Under the pieces are notes generated by a model. The model did no database searches, was not told the DNA's origin, and saw only the letters and a program-made list of their open reading frames with translations. DNA of 63,095 nt, filler included, from Diploschistes diacapsis (taxonomy: Eukaryota), in the NCBI GenBank assembly GCA_023645945.1. It is 10 parts of 10 records of this genome, joined end to end, with 100 filler letters (N's around TTAATTAATTAA, not from the genome) between each part and the next. Parts side by side here need not be neighbours in the genome. Positions count along the whole stretch, not along the records: positions 1 to 4,002 come from JALAIB010001801.1; positions 4,103 to 8,104 come from JALAIB010001802.1; positions 8,205 to 12,197 come from JALAIB010001803.1; 7 more parts are not named here. The stretch is one strand, 5' to 3'. Shown one piece after another: positions 1-12,297 of this stretch. Both the position numbers and the translations under genes were made by a program. The first letter of the stretch is position 1; every line of letters begins with the position of its first letter.

Positions 1-618
1 TTTTTGGACCTATATCGCACCCCCAAACCCACTGGCTCTTCCCCACCTCAACAACCCGCTGAACCCAAGAAGTCTCGACCTCGATCACCAGACCTCTCCT
101 GCCATGACCCTCGCAACCCAAAGCCCGTTCCATCTGCCCCAACCATGAGTCCAACAACTGCCGTTCACCCAAACCCTCACAGCCAGGCTTACAACACACA
201 GAAGATCTCCTCCGCCTCTTCCTCCTCCACAACCTGGATAAACGAGTACAAAACTCCCCTGGCAAGAGAAATGGATGAGCTGATCATCCAGCAGCGCCTC
301 GAGACAGCGGGGGCTTTCGTTGACGCTTTCTTGTCTGGTTCTCCACCTACACTATTCGCGTGGGGAGGAGCAGCCGACGAGGAAGGCGAGGGGCCGGACT
401 TTAACCGGGTGGAGAGGCAAGATGAGGTACCCGTGGGAGATGTCTGGCAAGAGGCTTTGGAGGCGGGAGATGGAGGAGCGGGAGAGAGGGGGGGGAAAGA
501 GGAGGGGTACATGATGCACGGGGCTTTATCGCCGGTTGCATGGGAGGAAAGCCGGGGGGTGTCGCCTGTTGATGCGGACGAGGAGGATTTATGGTTAGCT
601 GTAGCGACTGATATATGA
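1..618 (+). CDS. Hypothetical protein, probably a 5'-truncated C-terminal part at the window start
   Basis: Open frame 4-618, Pro/Ser-rich then acidic, ending TGA; no recognisable family motif. Confidence 0.4.
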   Translation, partial: FLDLYRTPKPTGSSPPQQPAEPKKSRPRSPDLSCHDPRNPKPVPSAPTMSPTTAVHPNPHSQAYNTQKISSASSSSTTWINEYKTPLAREMDELIIQQRLETAGAFVDAFLSGSPPTLFAWGGAADEEGEGPDFNRVERQDEVPVGDVWQEALEAGDGGAGERGGKEEGYMMHGALSPVAWEESRGVSPVDADEEDLWLAVATDI

Positions 619-1435
619 GTTGAGGCATAATAGATGTGTCACAACTTAAAGGGGAATAAATGGGGAAGCGTCACCTATACTGCCGTGTACAGCAGTGTAG
701 CCAATTAAAATTGAGAAGGGCATCATGGTATCAATAATATCGGCAAAGAAAGTAGCTTCCCCTTGAAGACCATGATGATAATACAATGCGTTCCGAACGA
801 AATTTGCATGCTTGTGATCACGAAAGATGGGAGGGCCTACATACGGGTCAGACCATTGTAAAATAAAACCCACAAACTACTTGTGCAACCAAATGTCAAG
901 GATGCTAACATGGATGTTGTTCAATCGAAGCCTTATGGAACTCAAACCTCAGTGCTATCCATAACCTCTTTGGTGGTAGCGCCATAGCTCCATGTAGAAG
1001 CACATCAGATTTTCCATGGTTTAGAAGCGCCCCTAACCAACAATGCTGACATTAATCGCGAAGGATTCACATTCCGCAGGAATCTACCTCCATCTACCTC
1101 CGCAGCCCCCGAAACACCTTGGTATACAGAGGCTGTTTTTGAATCGATTGTGCTACACGCACGTTCAGCATCCAAGTATCTATTACTCGATATTCGAAAT
1201 ACTGTAGGTGACAGAGCCGTCTAACACACTGGGTGACAAGCCTGTTTTCAAGCTCTATAATTCCCACAATCTAACTATGATGAGTCAAGGATCTTAAGTG
1301 TCGAGAGCCTAGGGGCAGCGGCTGCTAAATAAGTAACTGAGGTGGCCCAATCGTCCCAGCTTGAGATGGCCCTCATAACTGGTAACGCTACTTCTAAGGC
1401 TTCAATGCTTTGATGATGGCCTTTCTTTTCCTTCT

Positions 1436-3079
1436 TCAATCTGCCCCTCCACCCGCGTCTTTTTTTCCTTCTTGCTGCTGCTTCACCACATCCATCTGCA
1501 GTCTCATCATCTCCATCTGCTCCTTCATCCGCTCTTCCTGCTGCAAGAACAAAGCATGCAAACTTCTGAGCTGTTCCTGCTGCTCCCGTTCTCGCTCCTG
1601 CTGCAGCCGTTCTCGCTCCTGCATTTCTTGGCGTAGCTTGTTATTCTCATTTCGTATTAGTACGCTCTCGAGAAGGGAGTGCTCTTTATATGATCCTGCC
1701 CGCTGGGATGGTGGTATGCTTGTTAACGAAGCTTGAGACTCTGGGACTTCTGTATTGTTATCCGAACTGACTTCATACACAGATTCCGGCCGAAGCGAAG
1801 GGAGTGAAGACAAGGCGCTGCGGATTCTCTCCAGGTGAATTCGGACGAAGTAAGCATAGACTCTTCGAGTAAAGTTGTAGGCTTTCCATCGATCCCCGCC
1901 ATTGGGACGGGTGTACTGAAAAGTGTCGATATGGTGGCGAAAGAACAGGAGGTTCTGATCGGCCATGTGCGCGTAATGGCCATACAGAGTGACCATGCTA
2001 TGATCGAGCGAGATTGATATGACAAGAATCCTGCCATAAAGTTCTTGCTCTCGTGACACTTTACGATAAAGCTCGACAATGGCCCTAGTAGCTATGCTGG
2101 CGCTGTGCATCGTTTCTCTTTCGGCTTCAACAAGCACTCCCCCGGAAGATTTGACCTCGCAGACCAAAAACGGAAAGTACATGTTCTCGGTCATGTAACT
2201 AGGGCACCTGTCCGTATGATTCCGTTTAAGCTGTTGAATCTCGTCGCGGGTGAATGCGGACGGCTGCAAGCCAGCAGCGAAATCGGGCTGCGGACGAGGG
2301 CCGTATATTACACCAGACTTCACCCATTCAGCATTCACCTCCTCTATGATGACCTTGAGATTGTCTTTGAGGCCTGTCGCATCTTCTTCGTTCGCGACCT
2401 GCGTGATGTTTTGGGGATCGCTGTCCGAGTCCGCCATGTTTTCGCGAATGCAAAGCAATTCGGCGGAAGGCACGATCAAAGGTAGTATATCCCTGGCGAC
2501 TCTTGCCTCGTTCCGGTCCTGAGCTCTTTGCACCACTGCTCCGAAGCAACTGCTTTGGGGAAGAAGATCTGTTGGAGTCTGGTTGCCGCCGCTCAACAGA
2601 TTGATGCAGAGTTGCTGGCTATCGGCTGTGATGACCGCTCTAAGCTGAAACAAATCCATAATCATACCCTTTTCGGCCATCTCTTTTTGATAGCCTGGTG
2701 AATAAGCTCTCGAGCTGTTGCCATCCTTAACATCCTGAGAGTAGCTACTTGAGTGCCGCCTCTTTTTCGATGGCGATTCGGCCATCTCGCGACCTTTTTC
2801 CGTAAAATTTGGTGGCCACTTGCTGTAGCTTGCCCAGAAAGCGACTGGGTGACATGGTGTTTTTTGTAGAGGCGATACAGATTTATCAGATGCCGTAACT
2901 GTAACTTGCTGTTCGATTGTTCTTTTTGGAGATCCTTTGTCTGATGGTTCAGAAGGAATCTGTTTGTCTGCATTTCGTTTGCCCTGGAACAATTTATCCT
3001 GCGAATTGTTAAACATCGTCACAAAGGTTGATAACATTGGCACAAACATTTCGACAGTATGGGTCTTCCTTTGATGCAA
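1436..3079 (-). CDS. Fungal PD-(D/E)xK nuclease-like protein (DUF7924-type) with C-terminal Q/E-rich coiled coil; true start uncertain
   Basis: 547-aa ORF with PRPQPDFAAGL...YFPFLVCEVK...AERET motif spacing (PD...E-x-K), then a VxLYGHY motif and an RQEMQERERLQQERE coiled-coil tail. Confidence 0.7.
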   Translation of the reverse strand: MHQRKTHTVEMFVPMLSTFVTMFNNSQDKLFQGKRNADKQIPSEPSDKGSPKRTIEQQVTVTASDKSVSPLQKTPCHPVAFWASYSKWPPNFTEKGREMAESPSKKRRHSSSYSQDVKDGNSSRAYSPGYQKEMAEKGMIMDLFQLRAVITADSQQLCINLLSGGNQTPTDLLPQSSCFGAVVQRAQDRNEARVARDILPLIVPSAELLCIRENMADSDSDPQNITQVANEEDATGLKDNLKVIIEEVNAEWVKSGVIYGPRPQPDFAAGLQPSAFTRDEIQQLKRNHTDRCPSYMTENMYFPFLVCEVKSSGGVLVEAERETMHSASIATRAIVELYRKVSREQELYGRILVISISLDHSMVTLYGHYAHMADQNLLFFRHHIDTFQYTRPNGGDRWKAYNFTRRVYAYFVRIHLERIRSALSSLPSLRPESVYEVSSDNNTEVPESQASLTSIPPSQRAGSYKEHSLLESVLIRNENNKLRQEMQERERLQQEREREQQEQLRSLHALFLQQEERMKEQMEMMRLQMDVVKQQQEGKKDAGGGAD

Positions 3080-4002
3080 GGTCCTTCTTTTTGATTTCCT
3101 TTATACGTGCGCTTCTTCGCAGGGGCTGATTCAACACTGGCCTGTGACGCCGGGCCATTCTGTAGGTGCGAGTAGAGATAATAGAAGTGCAGAGTCGATC
3201 AACCAGGCAGCAGTCGCTACAACAAGGTGGATAACTGGGGATTGTATGAAGCCACGAAGAGTTTATATATGTGCATTGTGCTTTTGAAAGAAGGCCGTTT
3301 GCGGAAACATGCGACGGGTAAAGACTTAAACGACGAGACCTATCTTAGGAATGCTAGGCAGGTAACTGCCTGCTAAAATGCCGCTGGAAAACGATCGGCA
3401 CAACATATTATGAGTTGCGCTGGGAACTCTCAAGGCAATTGGAAATGAATCAAAAACTTTCTCTTAGCAGAATTCTAGAGTGCAATGGTGGATAGACGAG
3501 AGAGTTTCGGTTCCTTGAACGAAACCATTGCGACCGCGAGACCTCTATTCGCGAGACCTCTATTAGCAGCATCCTTTGTTACAAAATTTCCATTAGAACT
3601 TGCCAAAGGCATTTACGAAAACAGAGGTCCATGAAAGCATTCCCACCTTGTCTAGCGCATTTAAAGACTGAATCATTTGAATATCGTAGAGCAGGCACTA
3701 GGTCTTCTGTTTTCGGATGGCAAAATCACCTCCACCGACCAAATCCAAGAATGCTTTCGGGAGCATAGGGTGCGCCACATCCATACACGTAAAGCGCTTT
3801 ACCGAGGTATGTGCTATTCTGCCTACTATAAAATTATGTAACATATTTGGTGGCGCCCTAGTGATGCATTCTGTTTAGCTCGCTATGGCTTTGTCAAGTA
3901 TTTAGATTTTTATATAATTTATATATAAATATATATCATTTATAGAAATACGTAGAATTATATAGAATTAAATATAAAAGAAATATAATTTTATTATTAT
4001 CG

Positions 4003-4102
4003 NNNNNNNNNNNNNNNNNNNNNNNNNNNNNNNNNNNNNNNNNNNNTTAATTAATTAANNNNNNNNNNNNNNNNNNNNNNNNNNNNNNNNNNNNNNNNNN
4101 NN
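4003..4102. other. Artificial contig linker; identical linkers at 8105-8204, 12198-12297, 16277-16376, 20346-20445, 24412-24511, 28475-28574, 32538-32637, 36600-36699
   Basis: 44 N + TTAATTAATTAA (stop codons in all six frames) + 44 N, repeated identically nine times. Confidence 0.98.
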
Positions 4103-4557
4103 AATATATATAACGCCGACGGCCTTTCGAGACGCCGGATAATCTATAAAAATATTTATAATAAAATATTTTTATTATATTTATTTATTTATTATTATAA
4201 ATGCGTCGATAAAGAACCGTAAAGTTTTTTATCGACGTTTAATTATATTTAGATTTCCGTAGGCGTTAATAATAACGCAACGTTTATTTATAATAACGTA
4301 GACTCTGCGTTATAGCGGCGGAGATATTACCAAAAGAGGTAAGGATCCGGAACGTTAAGATCTGAGCTAACTACAATAGCAAGCCCGCAGCCGCAGCGAC
4401 AGGGTTGCCAAACCTCTCTATTAAATAATTGGGTAAGTTTATCGAGTAATTAAGCACACGGCGTTAGTTTAGTAAGTTATGTACTCCTACCCATCACGAT
4501 TGGTTTAGGTACAAAAAGTGATTGGGACGTGACGAGGTCGGGACCTCGGATCGTACT

Positions 4558-4860
4558 AATGCGAAAGTAATAGATGCGAAAGCAGTAGATTTGAAAAAAG
4601 TAGATTCGAAATTAGTAGGTTTAAAAGTAATAGGTTTAAAAGCAGTAGATTCGAAAGCAGTAGATGCGAAAGCAGTGGGTGCGGAAGCAGTAGTAGGTTC
4701 AAAAGTAGTAGATTCAAAAGCAGTGGATGAAAAAGATGTTACGTAATATTTCAGTTCAGTTCAGCCAATCAATATCCTAGACCACGACTTTCGGAGTTAA
4801 TTTCTTATCTACGGGTTTTTTCTGCGCCCATAAAGACACTAATCGCTTCGCTTAGGAATG
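4558..4860 (+). repeat. Dispersed repeat copy 1: ~11 units of a 15-bp minisatellite (GAAAGCAGTAGRTTC-like) plus conserved right flank
   Basis: Tandem units visible 4560-4730; flank TTCGGAGTTAATTTCTTATCTACGG...TTCTGCGCCCATAAA is near-identical to ~9138-9181. Confidence 0.85.
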
Positions 4861-5673
4861 AATCACTGACGGTATATGTGAGAAGGTGAAAGCTTCAGAA
4901 CCGACTATCTAATAGTGCTTCTCAGAGACCGCATTATAATCGATTGAACGTCACATGATCGCTCAACCTTGTGTTTGTATCGAGGCGCTTTGTTCACATG
5001 ATAGCTCAGATGAGAGCCAGTCTAGGCTCGATACGGCAAGGTAGATAATAGAGAATCAATTATTTTAGCGAGAAGTGGTCAGCCCCGAGCCTTGGGACCG
5101 AACCAATCAGAAGCTGAAGAACTTGTCAGCCTTGACGCCGCTTTTGACAGCCTTTTCAGCCGTATATCTGTATATTCCTCTCACAACTTCTTTTGATTAT
5201 TCGTATTCTTACCTTCCGGGCCATCTAGCATAAAGTATCGTGTCAGAGACTCTCGTAAGAAAGGGATGCAACAGATGACTAAACGCTGCAAACAAAGACG
5301 TCCGTTCATCGCCTATTGGATTAGGGAATGGTAAACGAGCGATGGTGCAATTGCAACGCTGTCGGGCGTCATAAACCTGTTAGCAAAAGGAATCCGGGGT
5401 AGAATCAGTAGCGAGATTGATTGTTTTAAGCTGGCGACGCATAGCCTTTTTCATGATAATCACGAAATCCATCGCAACATCCGCACACTAAACCCAAGGT
5501 AGCGAGGCCTCCCGCCCGCTTCAACCACGCCTCTACTAGGTAGGAAGTCATGCTCCTCTCGCTCTAGCATGCCGTACATGTTATAAGCTTCTTCCTCCCC
5601 TCTTCAACGTTCCTTTGCCACTGTGCATGCTTGTACGTCTGCCAGGCTGTCGGAAAGCCTTCACCTGCCCACC

Positions 5674-7444
5674 ATGGCCGAACTAAAGCGACCCAATATT
5701 CTTTACATTATGGCAGATCAGATGGCTGCTCCCCTCCTGAAGATGTACGATCCCGCCTCGGTCATCAAAACGCCCAACCTTGATCGTCTTGCCAGCGAGG
5801 GCGTGGTGTTCGACTCGGCCTACTGCAACTCGCCCCTCTGCGCCCCGTCCCGCTTCACAATGGTTTCGGGGTTGCTGCCCTCTAAGATTGGGGGATACGA
5901 CAATGCCGCAGAACTAAAGTCGGACGTGCCAACGTATGCACATTACCTTCGCAAGGAGGGCTACCACACTGCCCTTGCCGGCAAGATGCATTTCATAGGT
6001 GCGGACCAGCTGCATGGCTTCGAACAGCGCTTGACCAGCGACATCTACCCGGGAGACTTTGGCTGGTCGGTGAACTGGGACGAGCCGGTATGTTTTTCCT
6101 TCTACGGGGTGGGGCTATCTGACTCGTATACTGACATCTGATCAGGAAGTACGACTCGATTATTTCCACAACATGTCATCTATTCTCGATGCAGGGCCCG
6201 TTGTACGAACAAATCAACTCGATTACGACGACGAAGTGGTCCACAAGTCAAAACAATATCTGTTCGACCATGTACGTTTCCGGAACGGCCAACCCTTCTC
6301 GCTCACTGTCTCCATGACCCACCCGCACGATCCGTACAATATGACAAAGGATTACTGGGAGATGTACGAAGACGTGGACATTCCCCTGCCCAAGACACCA
6401 GCATTCCCTCAAGACGAACAAGACCCCCACTCGAAGCGCCTCCTCAATGTCATAGACTTGTGGGGTAAGGAAATGCCGGCAGACAAAATCCGTGCTGCGA
6501 GGCGAGCTTACTTCTCTGCTTGCACCTACGTTGATACGAAGATTGGCCAGCTCCTAAAGGTTCTCGAAGACACAGGGCTCGCAGAAGATACGATTGTAGT
6601 TTTCACCGGTGACCACGGAGACATGCTTGGCGAGAGGGGATTATGGTACAAGATGAGCTGGTACGAGGGCGCGGCGCGCGTGCCGATGATTGTACATGCC
6701 CCCAGCAGATTCCAGGCCAAGCGTGTCAGGGAGAACGTGTCTACCATGGATCTTCTGCCAACTTTTGTCGGCATGGTCGGCAGCTCCATTCGCCCTGGCC
6801 TGGTTATGGATGGAGTGTCGCTTATGCCTTACATCACTGGCGAACAAGGCCTGAAAACGGATACGGTTCTTGGCGAATACATGGGCGAAGGAACCCAAAG
6901 CCCTTTGGTTATGATCCGCCGCGGGCCCTGGAAGTTTGTCTACTCGCCCATGGACCCGCCCCAGCTCTTTAATCTTGAAAACGACCCTCAAGAACTGGTC
7001 AACCTGGCCGCCGGATACGCCGCGACCCTACCATCACGTGCCGAGACTATCAAACAAGAGGCGCGAAAAGTTCCGGAGGGCCTGCCACCTACACCTCCGA
7101 ACGGTCCGACCTTCAATTTCGATCCTAGCGCCCTCATTTTCCCAGAACTCCCTCAAACGGCTCCCGGCACGAACAACGAAGCCAAGAAAGACATCCCTTC
7201 GATAATCGGCTCCTTCATGCAAGAGGCCGCCGCTCGCTGGGACTTTGACGCCATCATCGCGGACGTGCTAGAGTCGCAGCGTCGCCGACGGCTCGTTTAT
7301 AGCGCCCTGATCAAGGGCGTCCCAACCATCTGGGACTATGCACCTCCGGTCGATGCCAGTGCCCTGTATGTTCGCAACCAAGGAAAGGGCGTCCTGGACG
7401 ATGTCGAATTTCTGTCGAGATGGCCTCGCGTCCAGAAGGCATGA
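5674..7444 (+). CDS. betC: Choline sulfatase (formylglycine-type sulfatase), 2 exons, intron 6088-6145
   Basis: RPNILYIMADQ start, CAPSR (CxPxR) signature, GKMHF, GDHGDMLGERGLWYKM, C-terminal WDY..P.DAS..YVRN; GTATGT...CTGAC...CAG intron joins the two ORFs in frame (WDEP|EVRLDYFHNM). Confidence 0.92.
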
Positions 7445-8512
7445 GCTCTCGTGCCTGGGTTTTTCCTTCTCTGGATCGTCCATGTTCTTGTTCATGCGTG
7501 ATGAGATGATTCCCCATTTTGACTTTTTTTGCTAGTCTTTGAGCGCGCGAGTTGGCTGTGCAGTGTTTGAACTGGATTTATTTTTGGTTGCGTTGGCTCT
7601 GCTCGACCGGTTTCAGCGATTTGAACCCTGAACTCTGTATGTCTATCCAATGGTCTTCCAGGCTTCTTTGTCGTGTTTGAAAAGGAGTTGGGAATGCATC
7701 GCGGAGACCAGGAACCCAATCCTCAACTATATTGAATACAGTGGTTTTTCGTGAAATCTTTGGTCATTGCTTTTGTGAAAGTCCATTGGCTTTTCCGAGC
7801 CTCCAAGTTTACCGCTCCTGTGTCATATCTTCTAAAGTGCCAGCCTTCACAAAGTCGAATTTCCGTGACTACGAGGGTGAGGCTTGCCATTGCCTGCGTA
7901 CTATATATAGGTAATCTAATCTAGACTAGAACAATATCCATCAACACCCACAAAGGGTCTGGGACAAGAGATCAAAACCTATCGAACCCCCCCCAAACAT
8001 CACGAAAAGTTTTTGGCCGCGAAAGCAGGCGAAAACCTGTGCAGTGCGCGAAACACCAAACATTTTGGCGAAACGTGGCGAAACTGGCAAAACTAACAAA
8101 ACTANNNNNNNNNNNNNNNNNNNNNNNNNNNNNNNNNNNNNNNNNNNNTTAATTAATTAANNNNNNNNNNNNNNNNNNNNNNNNNNNNNNNNNNNNNNNN
8201 NNNNAAGTAGGTTAAGAAAAAGAAATTAACAGTGCTTTAAGCTGCTGGAATATATAAAAATAAAAGATAGTCCCGAAAGTAAAGCTGGTTATCTTCGGAA
8301 AGTTTTTTATCGTTAGCGTCGTCGACGCTAGCGATTAGATATAATAAGATAAATCTATAGAATTAGATATAGTTATTATTCGATTTATAAGGCTTTAAAT
8401 TAATTATTTTGAGAGATATTTCATTTTAAATATTTATTATTGTAGTTTTGTTATTGTATCACGTGCTCGGTAACTAGGGTCTGCTCGGGTACTAGGGTCA
8501 CGACTCTAGGTA

Positions 8513-9220
8513 TAAAAGCAGTAGATTCGAAAGCAGTAGGTTCGAAAGCAGTAGGTACGAAAGCAGTAGATGCGAAAGTAGTAGGCGCGAAAGCAGTAGG
8601 CGCGAAAGTAGTAGGTTCGAAAGTAGTAGATGCGAAAGTAGTAGGTCTGAAAGCAGTAGATGCGAAAGCAGTAGGTTTAAAAGCAGTAGATGCGAAAGTA
8701 GTATGTTTGAAAGTAGTAGGTTTGAAAGTAGTAGGTTTGAAAGTAGTAGGTTTGAAAGCAGTAGGTGCAAAAGCAGTAGGTTTAAAAGCAGTAGATTCGA
8801 AAGCAGTAGATTCGAAAGCAGTAGATACAAAAGCAATAGGTTCGAAAGCAGTAGGGTTCGAAAGCAGTAGGTGCGAAAAGCAGTAGGTTTGAAAGCAGTA
8901 AATTCGAAAGCAGTAGGTTTGAAAGTAGTAGGTACGAAAGCAGTAGGTTCGAAAGCAATAGGTTCGAAAGCAGTAAATGCGAAAGCAGTAGGTTTAAAAG
9001 CAGTAGATTCGAAAGCAGTAGGTCGAAAGCAGTAGATTCGAAAGCGAAAGTAGTAGATGCGAAAGCAGTAGATGCAAAAAAAGATGCCACGTAATAGTTC
9101 AATTCAGTTCAGCCAATCCAACCCTTGACTGATACTTTTCGGAGTTAATTTCTTATCTACGGTTTTTTCTGCGCCCATAAACACACTAATATGCCAATAT
9201 AGTCCTGCGCTTCGCTTAAG
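8513..9220 (+). repeat. Dispersed repeat copy 2: ~37 units of the same 15-bp minisatellite plus conserved right flank
   Basis: Continuous tandem GAAAGYAGTAGRTNN units 8513-9075; same downstream flank as copy 1. Confidence 0.9.
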
Positions 9221-9991
9221 AATAAATACATAAAAAATTACGAGGATTTTACGGCGCCCCGAAACAGATATTTATGAAAATAAAATAACTGTATTTTAGA
9301 CCTTAATAATTACGTAAAAAAGAAAATTTTTTATTGAGAAAATAATGACATTTGATATCCTATCAGATTGGGACTAGCTCCTACCAAGCTACTAAGAACT
9401 ACGCTAAGCCTATCTGGGAAGCCGGCAGCGCCACAACGCAACCGCAGCGACAGGGGTGCCAAACCTCTCTATTACACTAATGGCTGCAACATTATTATAT
9501 ACACTTCAAAACGAGAGATTTCCGAGCAACTTAGATATCAAAGCAGCTGAAGCCGCTCGAGCCTGTGGCGATGTCGCTTGGCATGGCTCTACAATTTTCT
9601 CTAGAACCAGCTAAACGTCAACGATTACTTTCAGCCCGAAGACTTTGCCTGCTTTTGTGCCAGTAACCTAAACACATAATTTCACATGATGGTTTCCTGC
9701 TTGACCACTGAAATCAAATCCTTCATATTTGGATATAAGATAATTTAGTCTATTCCATTATGTAGATACAGCTTAGTCTTATTGCGATCCCCTTGGTGCT
9801 TGAATGTGGGAATTGCTTCTGCCAAAGCCTCCATCGAGTGCAGCGACTGCTCCAAACATGGATAAGTTTTCCGGTCGACCATCCTTATATCTGAGTTTAC
9901 AACCTCTCCAACGCATCTATCTTTTGATCCGATATACTCTTTACTTTAGACTCTCCTCCCCTTTCCTCCCTTCTTTTTTTCTTCACCTCTC

Positions 9992-11193
9992 TCATGTTCT
10001 CTTTATTTTCTCTCTCTTCCCCCCCTCCCGCTTCTCTTTCTTGCGCTTCATCGCTTCAAGATGAGTGTCTTGCCCTTTCGGTTCAAGACTGCCGTCTTGC
10101 TTCTTTCCCTTCATGATCTTATGGTTCCACTCTCCATTAGTCTTAACCTCAGGCTTGACATTTGTACGGCCAGGGGGTGTTCTGAACTTCTCTTTTGGGT
10201 CCATGATATCATTCCTCGCGGGGAGGGTCTTTTCTACGACCAACTTGGTCTTCACGTCCAACGCCCCGAAGGATTTGTCTTGCATAATCAAGCCCTTTAG
10301 AGGCTGTGTCTGGGTTTGTGTACGCAAGTGCGAATTGGAGGAGCGTCTCGGAGAATTAGGAACATCCTCAGCAGTCAACGGCCTTGCGACCTGCTGCAAA
10401 TTAAGTATCCTGCTGATTGGATAAAGAATGGGCATGTAGCTGTTCTCTAAGGGTGAAGGGGCTAATATGCAGTATGACTCGGCTTGTAATTCCGATGGTT
10501 TGACCAAGCTGCATTCCACGCCTTGGTTGGATGCAGCCCATGTCCCCCCGTACGAATCCTTAACTTGAACTTTCTCAATGTCTGAAAACGACAAGGAAGC
10601 AGGTGCTATAATGTGCCATAGTTGCTTGTGCTCGAGGTTCTCTTCAGCTAACAACCTTGGTACTATGGACGAAGAGCTAATGCTAGGTCGCGCCAAGTTA
10701 AATCCTTGTGGTGGATTGAAAGGCTTTGGAAGATTCACATTGGAGCCGGTGTGGAATGTCGAGCCACTGGGTAGCCTCGAAGTATATTAAACAATAGATT
10801 CGAGTTGTGCAGCGTAAAATCATACCTTAACAAGTTTTCCGAGCTTTGTCCGTCCTCATATTGCGCTTGATCACGCGATGTACGACGCTTGGCAATCGCA
10901 CTCCGGTCACTCAAGTCGTTACACTGCAATGACTCTAGGGGATTATTCAAATATGCCGTCGACAGCTGACTGCCACCAACACTGGCGCCTGGGCCGGGTT
11001 GGTATTCCTTTTCACAAGCGGCTTCCATGGTACTACCACTTTTTGCTGAGGAATTGAACCCCGATGCTGCGCTTGTTTTCCTTCTTTCTGCTGTGGCATC
11101 ATCCAAAGTTGCATCTTCATCCGAGTCGACTATAAATTCCGCGCTCAAAGCGGTAGGGTGGCTTGCTGCCATAACTGCTTGTGTTTTCTTCAT
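9992..11193 (-). CDS. RPA34: RNA polymerase I subunit RPA34.5-like protein, 2 exons (predicted intron 10767-10825)
   Basis: N-terminal LSAEFIVDSDED, core KQLWHIIAPASL motif, Lys-rich C-terminus; GTATG donor and CAG acceptor join ORFs 10735-11193 and 9992-10738 in frame. Confidence 0.7.
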
Positions 11194-12297
11194 TGTACCT
11201 CTAGCTGGAACTGCATTCAGGAGCCATCCTGCGTTGTACGTTGGCAGAACTTGGCAATCAAAACATGGGAAAACTTCTCAGAAATAGATACAATAGTTCT
11301 ACAATCTAGAACGATATTGCGAAAGTAAATAACATCGTGAACTGATTCTGAGTTCTTTCTATAGCAGAGTAATGATATCAGTTGCTTTATATAGCATTAT
11401 GCCCTGGACCAAACGTCGTGACTTTAGGTGGGCAGATTTTATTTACGTATGTTTTGCTAGTCCGAATGTAGTCGGATATAAATAACAGGTGTCGGAGAAA
11501 AATAACAGAATCAAAATAAATTTAAAAAGGATATATAATTCGGGAGTAAAATTAGATCCGGAAACCGTAACTTTAATATTATTAATCCTGATAATAGATT
11601 TAAAGGTAAAAAAAATTTCTAAATAATAATCTAACCGAAAAATGACGGTGATAAATGAGAAAAACGGACCACAACCAAACTAAAACTCGGCTTTAAATAA
11701 AAAACGAAAGGGTTTCATCACGAAAAGTTTTTCAAGCCAAAAAAAATTCCGACAAAAGTGCCTGTTTCGCGGTGTTGAAAGTGGTGGATGTTCCTAATAA
11801 ACAAATGACTAAGCGTGTATTCTGCAGCTAGTCCTAACTAGGTAATAATCCCTAGCCTACCTAGCCTATGTAACTGACTATTATTCAGTAATAATATTTT
11901 TAAGATAATGAAGGTTATATCTATGAAAGTTGGAGGGTGATGTTACGATCCAGGTAACTAACCTATCACGTCCTAGCCACTCACTTAAGAACTCACTAAC
12001 GTTCGCGTCACGTAAGCTATTAAAGCGAGCTACGTCGCTCCATATACTTCTTAAGAACAATAAATAACGTTTTTTTTATTTTAAGGGAATTATCGCTGAT
12101 GCTCCCTTCGCTCTTTTAAAATAAAAAAAGCAGGCACTGGTACTCCCTCTTAAATTTTAATACATAATTTCGTATTAAGACTAACGTATATGTATAGNNN
12201 NNNNNNNNNNNNNNNNNNNNNNNNNNNNNNNNNNNNNNNNNTTAATTAATTAANNNNNNNNNNNNNNNNNNNNNNNNNNNNNNNNNNNNNNNNNNNN

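Noticed and set aside
8513..9075. Possible CRISPR array or SNLLL-repeat protein (ORFs 8498-8836, 8782-9102, 4522-4746)
   Set aside because: Units are head-to-tail with no unique spacers, no cas genes, eukaryotic context; indels break the frame, so the ORFs are by-products of a 15-bp period
11941..12070. Possible solo LTR starting TGTTAC
   Set aside because: No matching CA end, TSD or second copy visible
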